DNA of 64,000 bases, taken from contig NIVC01000283.1 of the NCBI GenBank assembly GCA_002269645.1, positions 124,001 through 188,000 on the forward strand, in the 5' to 3' direction. Within the stretch, counting starts at the first letter, position 1, and each line of letters starts with the position of its first letter. The notes beneath the pieces are model-generated. The model saw nothing but the letters and a program-made list of their open reading frames with translations, was not told the DNA's origin and did not search any database. Positions 58,109 through 64,000 of this stretch are shown here, piece after piece. The DNA is from Macrostomum lignano (taxonomy: Eukaryota). The translations under genes were made by a program, and so were the position numbers.

Positions 58109-58706
58109 TCACAGCACAGGCAGGTAGGCGGTGTCGATGTCCATGCCGAAAGCGCCGCTGACAGGTGACTCGCCACCGGTGGAGGCACCGGAGAGAGTCA
58201 GGTCAGCCATGGGGCCGTCGTAGCAATAGTCGGAGGTCGCCGGTGGCAGCGAAGCGTTCTGCTGACTCGGCCGTCGGTGCCTCGGTGGCAGCGGCGGCAG
58301 CAGCAACTGCAAGGTGCCACCGAGACCCGCAGTCGCGGTTGTCGACGACGAAGACGGCCGGCTGCTTGCCGACGGCAGGGTTCGAGCTGGGGACGACGGC
58401 ATTGACGAGGCGGAGTGCTGCTGCTGCCGCTGCTGAGGATTCGAAGGGCTGCCAAAGTTCGGCGCTGCGGGGATCATCAGGGATGGCGGCGGCAGCTCCA
58501 GGCTGACCGAGGAGGAGCTGGAGTCGGTGTCGTTGTCTGAGGAGTGGCTGGAGGCCAGGTTGTTGCCGCCGCTGTTGTTGGCGGTCTCGGCGGCGAAGTG
58601 CACGACTGGTGCTGCGGCGATTGTTGGATGCTGCAGCGGGGGCGCTGGCTGGCTGGGACTGCGGGATTGGTGGGATAGGATGGGTAACCTGTCTGTCTGT
58701 CTGTCC

Positions 58707-58773
<67 letters not shown>

Positions 58774-58930
58774 CTGTCTGTCTGCCTGTCCTGTCCTGTC
58801 TGTCTGCCTGTCTGTCTGTCTGTCTGTCTGCCTGTCCTGTCTGTCTGCCTGTCCTGTCCTGTCTGTCTGCCTGTCTGTCTGTCTGCCTGTCCTGTCTGTC
58901 TGCCTGTCCGTCTGTCTGCCTGTCCTGTCC

Positions 58931-58966
<36 letters not shown>

Positions 58967-59212
58967 CTGTCTGTCTGTCTGCCTGTCCTGGTTTGTCTGT
59001 CTGCCTGTCCTGTCTGTCTGCCTGCCTGTCTGTCTGCCTGTCTGTCTGTCTGCCTGTCCTGTCTGTCTGCCTGTCCGTCTGTCTGTCTGTCTGTCTGCCT
59101 GTGTCTGCCTGTCTGTCTGCCTGTGTCTGTCTGTCCTGTCTGCCTGTCTGTCTGTCTGCCTGTCTGTCTGTCTGTCCTGTCTGTCCTGTCTGTCTGTCCT
59201 GTCTGTCTGCCC

Positions 59213-59249
<37 letters not shown>

Positions 59250-62200
59250 TTGTGCCTGGCTGCTCACAAAGCCCTAGCACACTGCTAGTCTAACAATGAG
59301 CCGGGAACCCGCCGCTCACCCCTGCACGGCGGCGGCGCACACGGCCGCAGCCTTGGCCTCGAGCCTGGGCAGGCGGCCGCTCTCCCGCAGGCGCAGCCAG
59401 AGGCTCCGGCCCAGCGGGTCGGCCGCCTGCTCCAGCGCCACAGCTGCCGCCGCCTCGGCCAGCCACAGCGCCCCGGCAGTCATGTACAGATCGGCGCTGT
59501 CCAGACTGACGGCAGCGTAGGCCAGGCACCAGGCCGCTGTTGCTAGGGTCGATCGAATAGCGCAGGTTGGCATGGCAACGGGAAGCGAAGCGATTAGAGA
59601 ATCGGCAAATTGCAGCTGATTGGCCATGGGAAGCCGGCTTGACGCGCAGGAGATCTCTTCAGCTTCGTTGCTAGGGACGCTGGGTGCGTTGCTACGTACG
59701 CTAGCGACGTTGTTATGGACACTAGCTCCGTTGCTAGGGCCTTTGCTTCTCTTTTTAGGAACCGCGGATCCGTTACTACGTAGGCCGCCTTTGAGAATGC
59801 CCCTGACAATGACCGGCTCGCCTACGGTCGCTACATTTGCGGCGTCGGCTGCATGGCAACCGTTGCTAGGGTCTGGCTGTGAGTAGCAACAGATTCCATT
59901 GCACCCGTAGTTGCAGCAGCAGTCGTTGTTGCGTCGATAAACTACTAAGGCCGGGTAGACACAGCAGCAGGTGCAGATGCAGACAGCGTAGATTAGGCAA
60001 TAGGGTAGATAGACGGATACTGGCAGACTGCCCACTGGCGCCACCCAGCAACTAAAATGAGGGATTCTTATCAGTGAGCTTAAGCTTATTGATTTTCAGT
60101 TCTCTGCTCTAACCCTCTCTTCACAGCCCAACCCCTCCCTATCTGCCCCAGCCCTCCCTTCACTGCCCTACCCCTTCCTTCACAGCCCAACCCCTCCCTT
60201 CACTGCCCCAGTTCTCCCTTCACTGCCCCAACCCTCCCTTCACTTCCCTACCCCTCCATTTCACACGCAGGCACTGCAGCACTCACAAAGCGCCATCGCT
60301 AGTGAACAGGTGACCAGCCAGAGCCAAGGTGAAGCCCATGGACCCGGCGGGCAGCAGGCAGCCAATGAATCTGCTGGTTGCCAGGCCGCAACAATCAGCT
60401 TTGGCGCCGTGCCAAACCAGTCTGCAAGCCTGACAACTCATCAGACAGAGCCACAACAGCTGACTCTGACTAAAATAAATGAGAGCAGCCGACCCGAATC
60501 TGCACAGGACAGATTGGTGAATCTGAGTTAACAGGCTGGCTTGGCAAAGCAGTGCCAGACAGGCGGACAGGCTGGCATGGAATCTGGTCCAATAGGTCAG
60601 CGAATTGCCGCAGCGACGTGCGACAGCCAGACAGACAGACGAGTGGTACAGGTGCAACAGGCAGGTCAGACCGATCAGTGCGTAGGAACCGGCTGGCGGT
60701 AGGAACGGCTTCGGCAATGGTGCCTGCGATGATAAGAAGATTTCAATTGGCATGGTTCAATATATTTTGTTCAAGTGAGCCGAGTGTGTATGGAGAGGGC
60801 GCTCTATTTATATTTCTGAGAGTTTGTGTACAGCTAAAGTCAACAATGTACATTAGCGACTTGGGCCTCATTTTTCTAGCACCCAAATATAATGCTGGTG
60901 GGGTGGGTGCAGGTGAACACCTGATCTGTGTGGGTAAGGGTCTGCGGGTATCTGCCTTGTATTCCAATAATAACTAACACTATCACTCAATACAGAAGTT
61001 AAGCAATGCCTGATGAAGGAGCCACGATGGCATGTAAATTGGCACTTTATGGGGCGCCATTTCAGCTGATGCGACCCCATTTCATTTGATTTGGCGCCAT
61101 TTATTTTATTTAGGCGTTACTTCCTTTGGTTTGGCGCTATTTCGTTTGGTTTGGCGCCATTTGATTTGGTTTGGCGCCTTTTCTTTTGATTTGGCGCCAT
61201 TTTTTCTGATTTAGGCGCTATTTCATTTGATATGGCGCCATTTTTTTCTGATTTAGGCGCTATTTCATTTGATATGGCGCCATTTTTTCTGATTTAGGCG
61301 CCATTTCTTTTGATTTGGCGCTATTTCTACTGATTTGGCGCCATTTATTTTAATGAGGCGCCATTTCTACTGATTTGGCGCCATTTATTTTAATGAGGCG
61401 CCATTTCTACTGATTTGGCGCCATTTATTTTAATGAGGCGCTATTTCTACTGATTTGGCGCCATTTATTTTAATGAGGCGCCATTTCTACTGATTTGGCG
61501 CCATTTATTTTAATGAGGCGCCATTTCTACTGATTTGGCGCCATATTTTAATGAGGCGCCATTTCTACTGATTTGGCGCCATTTATTTTAATGAGGCGCC
61601 ATTTCTACTGATTTGGCGCTATTTCGCTTTTTTTCGCCAGTTCTTTTGAATTCGATTCTTACACAATATCAGAGGCTAACAGAACATACAGAGGTTTTCA
61701 ATTGATCTGAGTAAAAGTACATACAACAGAAACTTCGCCCACCTGAATAGCCTCGCCAATAATTGCAAATAAGCTGAGATGATTGCACTGACAGATTAAA
61801 CTTTCGTTACTACTGTCTGTAGTGAGTAGTGAGCAACCGTGAGTTGACCAGCTGCTCAATGAGTGACTCCAGTATGCGCACCTGGGTGGATGTGGGATCG
61901 GATTAATATTTAATTAAACTTCGTCAATATTCATCACTAAAAGTAATGATCAATATTAACAAATCCCACCTGTGATTAGTGGTTGCATTCATAACTTCAT
62001 CAACACTTGTAGTGTTAATAAATTCTATTTGAATATTAACAAGATAGCTACTGATATTAGTAGTATGATTGCCAACAGCAGACAGGGCTACAGCAACGAC
62101 TGGAGTAACTGTCTGATTGGTATTGTCAGGCTGCTTCGATAGCAGAGCCGAGTGATTTCCAGACCATACCAGCACACCTGTCGCTAGGCTAGCTGATGAA

Positions 62201-64000
62201 GGAAGCTGCAGATTGATGACGATTGACACCTGACTGCTGACTGGGTGACCGCATTGGGCAGTTAGTTCTACAGTTGATGACGAATTAACTGGCTCAAGCC
62301 GTGCTGAAAACAGTTCGATTTTAATTGCTTTTCAATAGTTATGACGGTTGAGCAACTGAGATTGTATTAACAGAATATTCTAGATCTGAAGCTCCCTAGA
62401 TTTGTAAGTCTTTAGATATGAATCTCTAGATCTCGAACTCTCTAGAACTAGAACTTTAGATCTCGAACTCTCTAGATCTGGAACTTTAGATCTCGAACTC
62501 TCTAGATCTGGAACTTTAGATCTCGAACTCTCTAGAACTAGAACTTTAGATCTCGAACTCTCTAGATCTGGAACTTTAGATCTCGAACTCTCTAGATCTG
62601 GAACTTTAGATCTCGAACTCTCTAGATCTGGAAATTTAGATCTCGAACTCTCTAGATCTGGAACTTTAGATCTTGAACTCTCTAGATCTGGAACTTAAGA
62701 TCCGAAACTCTCTAGATCTGGAACTTTAGATCTTGAACTTTCTAGATCTGGAACTTTAGATCTTGAACTCTCTAGATCTGGAACTTTAGATCTCGAACTC
62801 TCTGGACCTGGAACTTTAGATCTCGAACTCTCTAGATCTGGAACTTTAGATCTTGAACTCTCTAGATCTGGAACTTAAGATCCGAAACTCTCTAGATCTG
62901 GAACTTTAGATCTTGAACTTTCTAGATCTGGAACTTTAGATCTTGAACTCTCTAGATCTGGAACTTTAGATCTCGAACTCTCTGGACCTGGAACTTTAAA
63001 TTCCGAAACTCTCTAAATCTGGAACTCTCTAGATCTGGAAATCTCTAGATCTGGAACTCTCTAGATCTGGAAATCTCTAAATCTGGAACTCTCTAGATCT
63101 GGAACTCTCTAGATCTGGAAATCTCTAGATCTGGAACTTTCTAGATATGGAACTCTCTAAATCCGGAACTACAATGAATTAAATCTTTAAAAAGTTATAA
63201 AATAAAATCACTAGACTCACAGCTCTTAGTTGAGCACACGCTCAATCCCTGAAGTTCATCGGAACTGGCCGATCCGTCCAGCTTAGCAACGGTTGCCATG
63301 GCAACAGTGTAACTCTCTAAACTAGCCAACAGACTGGAAGCCGTACAGTTAAACTCGAATTGTTTCCCATCTATCCAAGACTGAGTTGTATCAGGCCTGA
63401 GCAGCCGTTCAACAGACATCAATAAGTTGTTAGTGAAATTAGCGCTGCCGCCAATGGCCGCCAAGGACAACACTTGGCCAACCCCGGCCAGATAGATCTC
63501 GCGCTCCATGAGCCTAGCCAACAGACTGCACACCAGCTGCAGCTCCCTGGCATAGATTACATCGGAAGACAACCAGAATTCAGTAGCGTTAACAATCCTA
63601 TCCAGAACAGTTAGAGCAGCAGACGGCGGCGAGTCCACATCGATACCATCAACAGCGAATCTAGCCAGCTTATCCAGCTCCATTCTGGTGCAGTTACCAA
63701 CTGATGGATCTGCCCACAGGCTTCCATTGCGAAGCTCTGTCAGACAGTACCGGCTGGCTAAGCCGACGTAACCCGCCGGACAAGGGACTGTAGTCAACTG
63801 GCCCTGCAGGGTGTTCGGCCACCAGATGCCAGCCGAATGTACTTTTGGACACAGGCCGTACAGCACGGTGCACCCAGTAGAAGTCAGTTCGGCAAATGGC
63901 GACTGGCATCTGTTGCAGTGACTGCCTGTAACACCTGGCCGACAGGTGCACTTGAAACTCGCACTGTTAGCCTGTTTTTCGCACGCGTCGCTAACGGAAC
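58109..64000 (-). CDS. CELSR/flamingo-like adhesion GPCR, 3' part. Exons >64000-63221, 62303-61970, 61881-61743, 60723-60287, 60051-59320, 58688-58109
   Basis: Laminin-EGF [27 protein letters not shown] leads into the HormR domain YGLCP...GIWWP...VPCPAG...RYC, as in CELSR. GAIN/GPS motif CAYW...WSTHGC...[10 protein letters not shown]; 7TM with FCWV. All five introns are GT-AG and phase-consistent. The last exon is less certain. Cadherin repeats would lie outside the window. Confidence 0.85.
58689..59250. repeat. (CTGT)n microsatellite with variants, in the last GPCR intron
   Basis: Direct reading. Confidence 0.96.
61050..61622. repeat. ~20-bp GGCGCCATTT-core repeat forming ~40-bp dimers (intronic)
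   Basis: GATTTGGCGCCATTTATTTTAATGAGGCGCCATTTCTACT occurs in tandem. Confidence 0.9.
62375..63170. repeat. 30-bp minisatellite (TCTCGAACTCTCTAGATCTGGAACTTTAGA) grading into shorter units (intronic)
   Basis: Period is 30 (62461, 62491). Confidence 0.93.

Noticed and set aside
55410-58188. ORFs from the 20-bp and purine-rich repeats, and those at 49337-50020
   Set aside because: Tandem-repeat artefacts.
59300-59340. AVQG-LPIL as the canonical TM7 LQG motif of the GPCR
   Set aside because: It lies too far from TM6. [19 protein letters not shown] followed by a helix-8-like [10 protein letters not shown] fits TM7 better, so this cannot be used to support the last splice junction.

Overview
This is repeat-rich eukaryotic (invertebrate-like) genomic DNA with spliceosomal introns. 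Its style resembles a flatworm such as Macrostomum, but that is inference only. There are no rRNA genes, intact tRNA genes or CRISPR arrays. Host genes: two convergent cytidine deaminases (2569-4073 +, spliced; 15906-16367 -, intronless), a 4-exon secreted PAN/apple + fibrinogen-C protein, a cluster of four intronless secreted PAN-like + LamG/ConA-like genes plus one fragment, a 2-exon stand-alone BPL_N (class I glutamine amidotransferase-like) gene, and the 3' part of a divergent CELSR/flamingo-like adhesion GPCR. Mobile DNA: a full-length, apparently very young Ty3/gypsy element (23584-32419; 524-bp LTRs identical by eye, TCAT target duplication, tRNA-Gln PBS), a ~9-kb TIR-bounded element inserted in an (ACAG)n microsatellite and filled with a higher-order 238-bp satellite, and several remnants. 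The two most striking observations are (1) a UNR/CSDE1-type cold-shock domain between the Gag zinc knuckle and the protease of the gypsy element, split by a -1 frameshift, and (2) mosaic exchange among the lectin-like paralogs, which share a near-identical core and include an inverted copy. All gene models and comparisons were made by eye.
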